From: Candidatus Izemoplasmatales bacterium
GTDB taxonomy: Bacteria; Bacillota_I; Bacilli_A; Izemoplasmatales; Hujiaoplasmataceae
NCBI GenBank assembly: GCA_034007385.1
Contig: JAVEQW010000001.1
Location: forward strand, 38,504-102,503
DNA: 64,000 nt
Direction of reading: 5' to 3'
Positions 46,683-56,048 of this stretch are shown in pieces. Positions within the stretch are counted from its first letter, which is position 1; each line of letters starts with the position of its first letter. Under the pieces are notes generated by a model. The model saw only the letters and a program-made list of their open reading frames with translations, searched no databases and was not told the DNA's origin. Both the position numbers and the translations under genes were made by a program.

Positions 46683-46853
46683 TTAGCTAAAGACGTTAAT
46701 AGCGCCGATAATAGCCGCAATCAATAGTCCCAAGAACATACCGATTGCAAGAATTAACAAAACAAATCTACCGAATTTGCTTTTAGTAGGATTGTAAGTC
46801 TTAATTTCTTTTTCTTGTTGAGTTGGTTTTCTCTTCTTAGTTTTATTTGCCAT
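46683..46853 (-). CDS. 56-aa tail-anchored small membrane protein (not in the supplied ORF track)
   Basis: My translation of the minus strand: MANKTKKRKPTQQEKEIKTYNPTKSKFGRFVLLILAIGMFLGLLIAAIIGAINVFS*. GAAAGAGG RBS lies 7 nt upstream of the ATG (46851-46853). Lys-rich N-terminus plus one C-terminal TM. Followed by the bidirectional terminator. Confidence 0.6.
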   Translation of the reverse strand: MANKTKKRKPTQQEKEIKTYNPTKSKFGRFVLLILAIGMFLGLLIAAIIGAINVFS

Positions 46854-46942
46854 ATGATTACCTCTTTCAATCTAATCAAAATATTAGTCTTTAATATTAT
46901 AAACGATTAACGTTAAAAAGAAAAGAATTTTTTCTTAGCATC

Positions 46943-47812
46943 TTAAATTTCTAGGTTTTGCAGGTATTCGATAACTTCTTGAGTTAATCTGTTCGGAGTA
47001 GAAGCTCCAGAAGAAACACTAATTGTTTTGACACCCAATAAATCTTTTAAATCTATGTCTTTAACGCTTTCAATGAGTTTGGTTGGAGTGTTGGTTGTTT
47101 CTATGGATATCTTTACTAGATTTTTAGAATTATTGCTTCTAGGGTCGCCTACGATGTAGCAAAAATCAACATCTTGATTTCCTTCGATAATTGCATTCTG
47201 TCTAAATCTTGTGGCATTACAGATTTCTTCAGTGATAATTACCTCTTGATAAAGTTCTTTAATTTTATTGTGGATAGGAGTAATATCGTTGATGGAAAAA
47301 GTAGTTTGATTGGTCACGAAGATTGGTTCACTAATTCTAATATTATTTAAATCCTCAATTGTTTCTACTAGAGTAACCTTAGGGCTTATTGATAAAGAGG
47401 CATTAGTTTCCGGATGATTCATTTTGCCGATATAGATAATATTATAGCCCTTTTCCAAATATTCTTTGATTGAATCATGAGTCTTGTATACGTCATTGCA
47501 AGTAGCGTCTATCAAGGTTAAGCCATTATTTAGAATTCTCTCTTTAACGGCTTCATCAGTTCCATGAGCTGAAAGTATGATTGTTCCTTGTGTGATATCT
47601 TTAATTAAATCAAGCCTTGATGTCAAGCGATCATCAAGCGTAATCGCTCCAAGTTCTTTTAGCTCTTCAACAACTGACTTGTTATGAACGATAAAACCCA
47701 AGACATAGATAGGTCTAGGTAGTGTTTGATCTTCTAAACTTTTTTTGACGATATGGACGGCATTATAAACGCCTTTACAAAATCCTCTTGGAGTTATTTT
47801 CTTGACTATCAT
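46943..47812 (-). CDS. ispH: 4-hydroxy-3-methylbut-2-enyl diphosphate reductase
   Basis: 289 aa with PRGFCKGV, SAHG, DATC and NQTT/SSGASTP motifs, including the three Fe-S cysteines typical of IspH/LytB. Confidence 0.9.
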   Translation of the reverse strand: MIVKKITPRGFCKGVYNAVHIVKKSLEDQTLPRPIYVLGFIVHNKSVVEELKELGAITLDDRLTSRLDLIKDITQGTIILSAHGTDEAVKERILNNGLTLIDATCNDVYKTHDSIKEYLEKGYNIIYIGKMNHPETNASLSISPKVTLVETIEDLNNIRISEPIFVTNQTTFSINDITPIHNKIKELYQEVIITEEICNATRFRQNAIIEGNQDVDFCYIVGDPRSNNSKNLVKISIETTNTPTKLIESVKDIDLKDLLGVKTISVSSGASTPNRLTQEVIEYLQNLEI

Positions 47813-47896
47813 ACAAATCCCTCAAATTCATTTACTTTATAACATAAATATTATATAATAATAGACGAGATTTTACGAGAGAAATGAGTATCTGAT

Positions 47897-49183
47897 ATGA
47901 AAAAATTTAGAAATGAATATTTAAACCAAGCCTTAAGTGAATTAAGGTTTAAAGAGTTAACTGCAGTTCAAAACAAGGTTATTGAACTGTTTGACAAGGA
48001 TAACGATTTAGTTATAGAAGCAAAGACTGGGTCAGGAAAAACCCATGCTTTTTTATTGCCGATTTTGGACAGTTTGGATTTAGAGTCTAAAGATATCCAT
48101 GCCTGTATAATCGCTCCAACTAGGGAACTTGCAATTCAAATCAATCGTTTTGCCCAAGATCTTGTCAAACATTCGAAAACCCCTATTTCCATTAATCTTT
48201 ACCTTGGTGGTGAAGACAAGGAAAGAGAAATTGAATGGTTAAAGAACAAGCAACCCCAAATTGTGATTGGTACTCCTGGTAGACTTCACGATTTAGTAAT
48301 TAAGGAAAACGTTCTAAAAATTTACAAGACTAAGTACTTTGTGATTGATGAAGCCGATATGACTTTGGATCATGATTTTTTAGAGACTGTTGATAATCTG
48401 GCTGCAACAGTTTCAGAAGCAAAGTTTATGGTTTTTAGTGCAACAATTCCGGAGAGATTAAAACCGTTTTTAAGAAAATATATTAACAAGCCGATTATGG
48501 TTGAGGTTCATCCGGAGGAGATATCAAACCTTAATATCAAACATTATTTCATTAAAACCAAGGAACAAGATCGTTTTATCTTTTTGAAGAAGATTGTAGA
48601 CGTAATTAATCCTTACATGGGAATAATTTTCTGTAACACTAAAGAATCCTGTGATTCTGTCTATAACTGGATGAAGGATAGATTTGAAAATGTTACTGTG
48701 TTCCATGGCGATATTGATTTTAGAAAGAGAAAACAAATTATCAAAAGAATCAACAATCTTGAATTTCAATATATTGTCGCTACCGATATTTTAGCTAGAG
48801 GGATTGATATCGTTGGGGTAAGTCATATTATCAACTTTGAACTTCCTAGAGACTTTGAATTCTATATTCATAGAAGCGGTAGAACCGGAAGAATTGATTT
48901 CGACGGTGTTTGTCTGTCAATGTATGAGTTCAATGATAATTCTTATCTTGATAAGTTGGAGAATAAAGGCGTAAAATGCGAATACAAAGCAATTAGAAAT
49001 GGTATGATTGTTGATGCTTCAATAAGAAAATCAAGAGAAAAAAGAGTAAGGCCTGAGAATGAGTTAGATTATGAAGCTAAAAGAAAGGTAAAAAAGCCAA
49101 AGAAGATTAAACCAGCTTACAAGAAGAAATATCAAGAAGCTGTCAATAAAGAAAAGAAGAAATTGGCTAGGAAAAAACGATGA
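47897..49183 (+). CDS. DEAD-box ATP-dependent RNA helicase with Lys-rich C-terminal tail
   Basis: Q-motif region, AKTGSGKT, PTRELA, VIDEADM, SAT, HRSGRTGR. C-terminal KRKVKKPKKIKPAYKKK tail. Confidence 0.9.
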   Translation: MKKFRNEYLNQALSELRFKELTAVQNKVIELFDKDNDLVIEAKTGSGKTHAFLLPILDSLDLESKDIHACIIAPTRELAIQINRFAQDLVKHSKTPISINLYLGGEDKEREIEWLKNKQPQIVIGTPGRLHDLVIKENVLKIYKTKYFVIDEADMTLDHDFLETVDNLAATVSEAKFMVFSATIPERLKPFLRKYINKPIMVEVHPEEISNLNIKHYFIKTKEQDRFIFLKKIVDVINPYMGIIFCNTKESCDSVYNWMKDRFENVTVFHGDIDFRKRKQIIKRINNLEFQYIVATDILARGIDIVGVSHIINFELPRDFEFYIHRSGRTGRIDFDGVCLSMYEFNDNSYLDKLENKGVKCEYKAIRNGMIVDASIRKSREKRVRPENELDYEAKRKVKKPKKIKPAYKKKYQEAVNKEKKKLARKKR

Positions 49184-49695
49184 GTTTACATGTAGTTTTA
49201 TTCCAGCCGGAAATACCTCAAAACACTGGTAATATCATGCGTACTTGTGCAGGGACAAAAGCAACCTTGCATTTGATTAAACCATTAGGATTTAAATTAG
49301 ACCCAAAATATTTAAAAAGAAATGCTGTTAATTATTTAGAACATGTCCATTTCTTTGTTTATGAGGATTTTGAAGATTTTCTAAGTAAGAATCATGGTGA
49401 GTTTTACTTTTTGACTAGATATGGAAAGAAAACGCCTAAAGAGTATGACTTTAGTAATTATGAAAAAGATATCTATTTGATTTTCGGTAGAGAATCTACA
49501 GGAATACCAAAAGAAATCTTAAGAGAACACTTAGATAATTGTATTAGATTACCGATAACCGATGAGATCAGATCTTTAAATTTAGCGAATACGGTTGCGG
49601 TAATGGTTTATGAAGTATTGCGCCAACAAGACTATCATGGATTATACCTTCATGAACCGGAAACACTAAAAGGACCTGATTGGTTAAGCGAGTGA
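49180..49695 (+). CDS. trmL: tRNA (cytidine/uridine-34-2'-O)-methyltransferase, SpoU/TrmH family
   Basis: 171 aa with LFQPEIPQNTGNIMRTC, FGRESTGIP and SLNLANTVAVMVYE. ATGA overlap with the helicase gene. Confidence 0.85.
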   Translation: MSLHVVLFQPEIPQNTGNIMRTCAGTKATLHLIKPLGFKLDPKYLKRNAVNYLEHVHFFVYEDFEDFLSKNHGEFYFLTRYGKKTPKEYDFSNYEKDIYLIFGRESTGIPKEILREHLDNCIRLPITDEIRSLNLANTVAVMVYEVLRQQDYHGLYLHEPETLKGPDWLSE

Positions 49696-49710
49696 GGTGA
49701 GTTTTAAGAT

Positions 49711-50238
49711 ATGGACACTAATATTGGCAGTAAAATTGTAATCCATAGTTATAAACATGACAAATCCTTGCATCGTATGTGGAAGAATGCAACTATCTTA
49801 GAGGATAATGAAGATTTGATTATCGTCGCTAACAGAAGAACCAAGGTGGTTGAATCGACAGGACGCTTTTGGTATACGAAAGAACCTTCAGTAGCTTTTT
49901 TCTTTAAAAATCATTGGTATAATGTGATTGCGATTATCAAAAAAGGGGAAGTTACTTATTATTGTAACGTCGGATCGCCTGTACTAATTGATGAAGAGGC
50001 ATTAAAATATATTGATTATGATTTAGACCTTAAGGTAGATAGTGATTTTTCATATAAAATTCTAGATATTTATGAGTATAAAATGCACCAAGAGATGATG
50101 CAATATCCTAATGATATCAAACAAATCTTGGCCAAAGAAATGCTTAATTTAAAATCGAGAATTGATAAAAGAGAATATCCTTTTAACTCAGAATGGGTTC
50201 TAGGATGGTATAATAAGTTTTTAAGTTTAAAAGGGTAA
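49711..50238 (+). CDS. DUF402-family nucleoside tri/diphosphate phosphatase (YgaC/Ntdp-like)
   Basis: 175 aa with IHSYKHDKSLHRMWKN... and YIDYDLDLKV, which are typical of DUF402 proteins. Confidence 0.75.
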   Translation: MDTNIGSKIVIHSYKHDKSLHRMWKNATILEDNEDLIIVANRRTKVVESTGRFWYTKEPSVAFFFKNHWYNVIAIIKKGEVTYYCNVGSPVLIDEEALKYIDYDLDLKVDSDFSYKILDIYEYKMHQEMMQYPNDIKQILAKEMLNLKSRIDKREYPFNSEWVLGWYNKFLSLKG

Positions 50239-50268
50239 TATGCGACAATTTAATGAGGATAAATAAAA

Positions 50269-50296
50269 AAGATTAATTTGGAAATTAGTCTTTTTT
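50269..50296 (+). terminator. Rho-independent terminator after the DUF402 gene
   Basis: AAGATTAAT / ATTAGTCTT stem (9 bp, one G-U) and a 6-nt loop, running into TTTTTT. Confidence 0.55.
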
Positions 50297-50297
50297 A

Positions 50298-50306
50298 TGT
50301 TATAAT
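50298..50306 (+). promoter_or_regulatory. Extended -10 element (TGtTATAAT) upstream of the RluA-family gene
   Basis: TGTTATAAT lies directly after the terminator and about 70 nt upstream of the ATG. Confidence 0.45.
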
Positions 50307-50379
50307 ATAAAGTTGAGACAAATAGTTAATATTTTCTTTTGAAAAGGGTATACAATACATGTATATAGGGTGAATGCAT

Positions 50380-51249
50380 ATGGAATTAATTTATAAAGTA
50401 AAGAAACCAGAAACAATAAAAAGATTTATGACCGAGAACAATATTCCGACCTCGATTTTACAAAAGGATGAAAAGAATTATAAAATATTTGTCAACGGCG
50501 AAGTTAAATCACGTAAAGATACAGTTAGAAAAGGCGATAAGATTCATTTTCTTTTAGAAGAAGAAGGTCTTAACAAAAATGTAGAGCCTCAAGATTGCGA
50601 TTTGGAAATAGTTTATGAAGATGAGTATTTACTAGTTATTAATAAGCCTGAAAACATGATTATGACTGTATCAAAGGCTAATTCAACAAATACTTTATCA
50701 AATTATATTTTAGGATATTATAAAAAGATTAATCTTAATAATATGGTTCATTTCGTTAATAAAATCGATCGTGAATCTTCAGGTCTTGTTGTAGTTGCTA
50801 AACATCGTTTCGTTAAGTTCTTGTTAAGTAATAAACTTGACAATGAGTTACAGTTTTCCTTTAAAGCAATCGTTGACGGTATTTTAGACGTTAAAGAATT
50901 TGATATTTGTTTACCGATTAAGAAACAAGATGATTCTTTTGTTAGAGAAGTCGTTGAAGAAGGCGGAGAAGATTGTTCAACTAAGTATAAAGTTGAAAAA
51001 GAATATAAGAGTTATTCTTTACTAGATGTTCAAGTTACCGGAAAAGTTCCGCATCAAATCAGGGTTCATTTGGCTTTCTTTGGTAAAGCTGTCGTCGGTG
51101 ACAAGATTTATAACAAACATGAATATCAAGTGCCTTTGATGTTATGCTGCTATAAGACAAGTTTTATTAATCCGGTATCTGAAGTTCCGATTAACATTGA
51201 ATTGCCGATGCCAAAACATTTTACAGAATTTTTAAAAGGAATAAAATAA
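50380..51249 (+). CDS. RluA-family pseudouridine synthase (divergent motif II)
   Basis: S4-like N-terminus, motif II NKIDRESSGLVVVAK (catalytic Asp retained) and HQIRVHL. ATG 50380 is preferred over 50374 because of its spacing from AGGGTGA. Confidence 0.75.
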   Translation: MELIYKVKKPETIKRFMTENNIPTSILQKDEKNYKIFVNGEVKSRKDTVRKGDKIHFLLEEEGLNKNVEPQDCDLEIVYEDEYLLVINKPENMIMTVSKANSTNTLSNYILGYYKKINLNNMVHFVNKIDRESSGLVVVAKHRFVKFLLSNKLDNELQFSFKAIVDGILDVKEFDICLPIKKQDDSFVREVVEEGGEDCSTKYKVEKEYKSYSLLDVQVTGKVPHQIRVHLAFFGKAVVGDKIYNKHEYQVPLMLCCYKTSFINPVSEVPINIELPMPKHFTEFLKGIK

Positions 51250-51260
51250 ATAATAAAATA

Positions 51261-51297
51261 AAAACTTCCAAATGAAAAGATTGGAAGTTTTTTTGTT
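51261..51297. terminator. Bidirectional terminator between the convergent RluA-family gene and the M42 peptidase gene
   Basis: Perfect 11-bp stem AAAACTTCCAA / TTGGAAGTTTT with a 9-nt loop, flanked by A- and T-runs. Confidence 0.7.
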
Positions 51298-51300
51298 TTG

Positions 51301-52326
51301 TTATTTAATATAGTTTATCAATAGATTTAATGTGCTTAAGATGGCATCTTTATGAGTTCTTTCCATTCCATGAGATGCATGGACTCCCGGACCGATAAGC
51401 GCTCCTTTAAAGTCTTTTCCACCTCTTTGAGCAGCGCTGACATCGCTGCCATAGAAAGGATAGATATCAGTTGCGTAATTTAGTTTGTTTTCTTCAGCTA
51501 TGGAAACTAGTTTAGTAATAATATTGTAATCATATGGTCCGCTTGAGTCTTTGCAGCAGATAGAAACGTCTTGTTCGCTGCAACTTAAATCTTCTCCAAT
51601 ACATCCCATATCAACTGCGATAAGTTCGTCGACATCCGGGATATATGAAGCTCCGTGACCAACTTCTTCATAGGTTGAGATGATGAAAATTAAATTTGCG
51701 TTCGGTGTGATACTTTCTTTCTTAAGATAAGTTAGTAAACCGAACAGGATTGAAACGCTGATTTTGTCATCTAGGAAACGGCTTTTGATAAATCCTGATT
51801 CTGTAATCGTTGTTTTTGGATCGAAGAAGATAAAATCCCCAGGAGCGATTCCAAGTTTCTGAGTATCTTCTTTTGATTTTACGACTTCATCGATTCTGAT
51901 GAGCATGCTGTCAGGAGTTCGGTTAAGGCTTGTTGCATCTTTATAGACGTGAGAAGAAGGGCTAGTGGAAAGGAAAGTACCTTGATATTCTTTACCGCTT
52001 CTAGTGTGGATAGTGCAGTACTCGCCGTCTAAAGTCGGCCAAATCGGTCCGCCGATAGTTGTGAATTTTAAATCGCCGTCACTGGTAATACTTCTGACCA
52101 TTGCTCCTAAAGTATCAACATGTCCGCTTAAACCTAGAGTTTTATTAGTTTTACCTTTTACTTCAATTAAAAGATTGCCTTTTTTGGTTCTTGATGTAGA
52201 AAACCCTAGAGTTTTAATTTGTTCGTCAATATAGTTAATGACGTTATCAGTATATCCGCTTGGAGAAGGAATATTTAAGATGTTTTTAGCGAATTCAAAG
52301 ATTTCTGATAAATAAGTGTTGTTCAT
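51301..52326 (-). CDS. M42-family aminopeptidase (glutamyl aminopeptidase/YsdC-FrvX-like)
   Basis: 341 aa with IPSPSGY, GHVDTLG, DDKISV, YEEVGHGA and GPGVHASHGMERTH, which are typical of M42 peptidases. Confidence 0.85.
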   Translation of the reverse strand: MNNTYLSEIFEFAKNILNIPSPSGYTDNVINYIDEQIKTLGFSTSRTKKGNLLIEVKGKTNKTLGLSGHVDTLGAMVRSITSDGDLKFTTIGGPIWPTLDGEYCTIHTRSGKEYQGTFLSTSPSSHVYKDATSLNRTPDSMLIRIDEVVKSKEDTQKLGIAPGDFIFFDPKTTITESGFIKSRFLDDKISVSILFGLLTYLKKESITPNANLIFIISTYEEVGHGASYIPDVDELIAVDMGCIGEDLSCSEQDVSICCKDSSGPYDYNIITKLVSIAEENKLNYATDIYPFYGSDVSAAQRGGKDFKGALIGPGVHASHGMERTHKDAILSTLNLLINYIK

Positions 52327-52462
52327 ATACAGTTTAATCCTTTCTATTTGATTAGTTATCTAATAACAAGTATATCATATCAATAGTTGATTTTTAAGCC
52401 TAATATCGCTTTAAATAATAAAATGTCTGTGATAGAATATAATATGAATAGGATGTGATTTT

Positions 52463-53041
52463 ATGGTCGTAGTCTTTGGTGGTGCTTTCAATCCACCGAC
52501 ATTAGCACATAAAGAAATCTATTTTTTGATTGATAAGGTGGTCGGGTTTGATCATTTCATCTTTTTGCCTGTATCGAATAAGTATAATAAAAGTACGCTT
52601 ATTGGTGATGAATACAGAATAGAAATGTTGAAACTATTAATCGAAGACTTGCCTAAAGCTTCACTTTCCTTACTTGAGATTGACGATCAAAATTATTTAG
52701 GTACCTATGAAAGTTTAAAGAGATTAAGTGAGATTTATCCGGAAGAAGAAATTGCTTTTGTAATCGGTTCGGATAATTTATGGAAGTTAAAAAAATGGAT
52801 CAACGCTGAGAGATTGATTAAAGAGTTTAAGTTCATTGTAATAAATAGAAATAAGCAAGATGCAACTAAGTATATCGAAAGCGATGATTTGTTAAATCAA
52901 AATAAAGGTAATTTTAGAGTAATTAAAGGTTTTAATCAATATATATCATCAACAGCATTTAGGGATAGTTTAGATCCTTCTTATGTGACTGATGAGATTT
53001 ATCAGTACATCATGGAAAAAGATTTGTACCGAGGGAGATAG
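52463..53041 (+). CDS. nadD: Nicotinate-nucleotide adenylyltransferase
   Basis: GGAFNPPTLAHKEI ((H/T)xGH-type nucleotidyltransferase motif) and ISSTAFRD near the C-terminus. Confidence 0.85.
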   Translation: MVVVFGGAFNPPTLAHKEIYFLIDKVVGFDHFIFLPVSNKYNKSTLIGDEYRIEMLKLLIEDLPKASLSLLEIDDQNYLGTYESLKRLSEIYPEEEIAFVIGSDNLWKLKKWINAERLIKEFKFIVINRNKQDATKYIESDDLLNQNKGNFRVIKGFNQYISSTAFRDSLDPSYVTDEIYQYIMEKDLYRGR

Positions 53042-53044
53042 TTT

Positions 53045-54907
53045 ATGGAAAATGGTTTTTTGAAAGTAGCTTTAATATCACCGAAAGTAGAGGTAGCCAA
53101 TCCTCTATTTAACGTAAAGGAAATGCTTAAAGCTATTGAGAAGTGTAGTTGTCACATGGCGGTATTTCCAGAGTTGTCCATCAGTTCATATTCGGCTGGG
53201 GATTTATTTTTTCATAAGAACCTTTTAGATGATTGTTATAGTGGATTGGATTATTTCTTAAAACATAATACATTTAAGGGAATCGCTGTTTTAGGCTGTC
53301 CGATTATTTTAGATCAATTGGTTTTAAATTGTGCGATTGTAGTGCAAGAAAATAAGATTTTGGGTGTGGTTCCAAAGTTCTATTTACCTAATACTAAGGA
53401 ATACTATGAAAAACGCTGGTTTAATTCCGGTTTTGATTGTATTGATAATTACCAGGCTATCGACTTGTTAGGCCAATTTGTGCCTTTTGGAAATCTTATC
53501 TTTAGCGATGGCGATTTTAGCTTTGGTGTGGAAATATGTGAAGATATGTGGGCTACTATAACTCCTGGTAACTTATTAAGCGTTAACGGGGCTAATGTAA
53601 TCGTCAATATTAGTGCTTCAAATGAAGTCGTTGGAAAAGAACATGTGAGAAGAAACGCCGTTTTAGAACATTCTAGAAAGAATAGCGGTGCTTATATCTA
53701 TGTTTCTGCTGGAGCTAGCGAATCAAGTTCTGAGACAGTATTTTCCGGACATAATATCGTTGCTAATAATGCAAGATTAATTAAGGAGAAAAATGTTTTC
53801 TCACTTGAAACAGAAATCATGGAAACAGACATCGATATAAATAGATTGAAGTATGAGAGAAGAATTAATTCAAGTTATCGCGATTCAGTGTTAAAGTATC
53901 GCTTGAAATATCAAACGGTAGCTTTTGAGTTGCCGGTGATCGAAAATTTTAAGTTTGCAGAAATTTGGGATAAGTTACCTTTCGTTCCTAAAAAGAATCA
54001 TTTAGATAATTTTAAAAGAATCAGTTCGATTCAAGAGTTCGGTTTAGCTAAAAGGTTAGTCCATACAAATATTAAAAGTCTAGTTATTGGGGTTAGTGGC
54101 GGTTTAGATTCTACCTTAGCTCTATTAGCAGCTGTTGGGGCTTTTGAGTATTTAGGTTATGATAAGCTGAACATCCATGCCTATACTTTGCCGGGTCTAC
54201 ATACATCTGAAAGAACTAATAAGAATGCGATTGAGTTAATGAAGTTACTTGGTGTAACCTATGAAGAAATTGACTTGAAGCAGCATATTTTAGACCATTT
54301 TGAAATCATTAAGCATGACTTGAGTGTTGAAGACACAACTTATGAAAACACGCAAGCAAGAGCTAGAACAATGGTTTTAATGAACTTAGCCAACAAGTTA
54401 AATGGTTTGGTTTTAGGAACAGGGGATTTATCGGAAATTGCCTTGGGTTGGTCTACTTATAATGGCGATCAAATGTCAATGTACAATGTTAATGGGGGAA
54501 TCCCAAAAACAGTTGTTAGATACATGCTTAAATCCTATGCGGATTTCAAGTATCCTGAATCTAAGCTAAAATCTATAATTTATGATATTATCGACACTCC
54601 GATTACACCTGAATTAAAGAGTTCTCAAGAAACAGAAGAAATCATTGGAAAGTATGATATCAATGATTTTATCCTATATCGTTATATGATAGCTGGGGAT
54701 ACAGCTGATAGAATCAAGTATTTGCTTAATGTAGCTTTTGACTTGAATGTTGAAGAAGCAGATAAATATACTGATAACTTCTTTAAGCGATTCTTCCAAC
54801 AAGCGTTTAAAAGAACCGCTAGTCCTGATTCACCGAAAGTATTCGATTTTGCGCTATCACCTCGAAGTGACTTCAAGATTGTTTCTGATATCAAGAGGTC
54901 GTCATGA
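53045..54907 (+). CDS. nadE: Glutamine-dependent NAD+ synthetase (CN-hydrolase + NAD synthase domains)
   Basis: 620 aa. N-terminal nitrilase-like domain (FPELSISSY, EICEDMW). C-terminal PP-loop SGGLDSTL and TGDLSEIALGWSTYNGD. Confidence 0.9.
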   Translation: MENGFLKVALISPKVEVANPLFNVKEMLKAIEKCSCHMAVFPELSISSYSAGDLFFHKNLLDDCYSGLDYFLKHNTFKGIAVLGCPIILDQLVLNCAIVVQENKILGVVPKFYLPNTKEYYEKRWFNSGFDCIDNYQAIDLLGQFVPFGNLIFSDGDFSFGVEICEDMWATITPGNLLSVNGANVIVNISASNEVVGKEHVRRNAVLEHSRKNSGAYIYVSAGASESSSETVFSGHNIVANNARLIKEKNVFSLETEIMETDIDINRLKYERRINSSYRDSVLKYRLKYQTVAFELPVIENFKFAEIWDKLPFVPKKNHLDNFKRISSIQEFGLAKRLVHTNIKSLVIGVSGGLDSTLALLAAVGAFEYLGYDKLNIHAYTLPGLHTSERTNKNAIELMKLLGVTYEEIDLKQHILDHFEIIKHDLSVEDTTYENTQARARTMVLMNLANKLNGLVLGTGDLSEIALGWSTYNGDQMSMYNVNGGIPKTVVRYMLKSYADFKYPESKLKSIIYDIIDTPITPELKSSQETEEIIGKYDINDFILYRYMIAGDTADRIKYLLNVAFDLNVEEADKYTDNFFKRFFQQAFKRTASPDSPKVFDFALSPRSDFKIVSDIKRSS

Positions 54908-56037
54908 AAAAAGTAGTTGTCGGATTAAGCGGTGGAGTAGATAGTGCAGTAAGCGCATATTTGCTTTTAAAGCAAGGATATGAAGTGATTGGACTTTTCA
55001 TGAGAAATTGGGATTCAGCAGCTAATAACGATATTTTAGGCAACCCTAGTTTAGATGATGAAATCTGTCCTCAGGAACAAGATTATCAAGATGCTTTGAA
55101 GGTTGCCAACCATTTGGGTATAAAATTACATCGTCATGATTTTATTAAGGAATATTGGGATTATGTCTTTAGTTACTTTATCGATGAATACAAAAAGAAT
55201 AGAACTCCTAATCCTGATATATTATGTAATAAGTATGTTAAATTCGCCGGTTTTCAAGAGGTAGCTAAGTCTTTAGGCGCTGATTATTTTGCTTATGGTC
55301 ATTATGCTAGAGTCAAGGAAGAAAACGGTGAGTTTTTCTTGCTTAAGGGTAAGGATAACAATAAAGACCAGAGTTATTTTTTATCGCAACTCACGCAAGA
55401 GCAATTAAGTAAAAGTTTGTTTCCTGTTGGTGAATTAGATAAATCAGAGGTAAGAAAAATTGCGCTTGAAAACGATTTGCCTACAGCGAAAAAGAAGGAT
55501 TCGACCGGTATCTGTTTTATCGGAGAACGTGACTTTAAAAATTTCTTAAAGAATTATATATTCTCTAAACCAGGCGAAATACACACTCTAAACGATGAAG
55601 TTTTAGGCCATCACGATGGCTTGATGTATTATACAATCGGTCAAAGAAAAGGACTTAATATCGGTGGTGATAACCGTTTTAAAAACGCACCTTGGTTTGT
55701 GGTTGGTAAGGATATTGATAAAAATGTTTTATTAGTAGGACAAGGTTTGAATAATCCTTATTTGTTTAGCAATAGAATTATTGTTGAAGATATAAACTGG
55801 ATATCTAAAAAGCGCTTTGAAGGTACGTTTGAATGTAAAGCTAAGTTTAGATACCGTCAAGAAGATCAGGTGTGTTTAATCCAATGGATCGATGAAAGTT
55901 TAATAGAAGTTATTACTAATAAACCAATAAGAGCTGTCACTCCCGGACAAGCTTGCGTATTCTATGATAATGAGGTGTGTTTAGGCGGAGGAACGATTAA
56001 AGAAGTTTATCAGAATCAAAAAAAGATGATGTACTAG
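54904..56037 (+). CDS. mnmA: tRNA 2-thiouridine(34) synthase
   Basis: PP-loop GLSGGVDSAV, then NPDILCN, KDQSYFL and DSTGICFIGERDF. ATGA overlap with nadE. Confidence 0.93.
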   Translation: MKKVVVGLSGGVDSAVSAYLLLKQGYEVIGLFMRNWDSAANNDILGNPSLDDEICPQEQDYQDALKVANHLGIKLHRHDFIKEYWDYVFSYFIDEYKKNRTPNPDILCNKYVKFAGFQEVAKSLGADYFAYGHYARVKEENGEFFLLKGKDNNKDQSYFLSQLTQEQLSKSLFPVGELDKSEVRKIALENDLPTAKKKDSTGICFIGERDFKNFLKNYIFSKPGEIHTLNDEVLGHHDGLMYYTIGQRKGLNIGGDNRFKNAPWFVVGKDIDKNVLLVGQGLNNPYLFSNRIIVEDINWISKKRFEGTFECKAKFRYRQEDQVCLIQWIDESLIEVITNKPIRAVTPGQACVFYDNEVCLGGGTIKEVYQNQKKMMY

Positions 56038-56048
56038 GAAGGTTTGGA

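Noticed and set aside
54682-54944. Small ORFs (70 aa minus strand, 65 aa plus strand) at the nadE/mnmA junction
   Set aside because: They are embedded in the nadE C-terminus and mnmA N-terminus, which are coupled by an ATGA overlap. There is no independent support for them.
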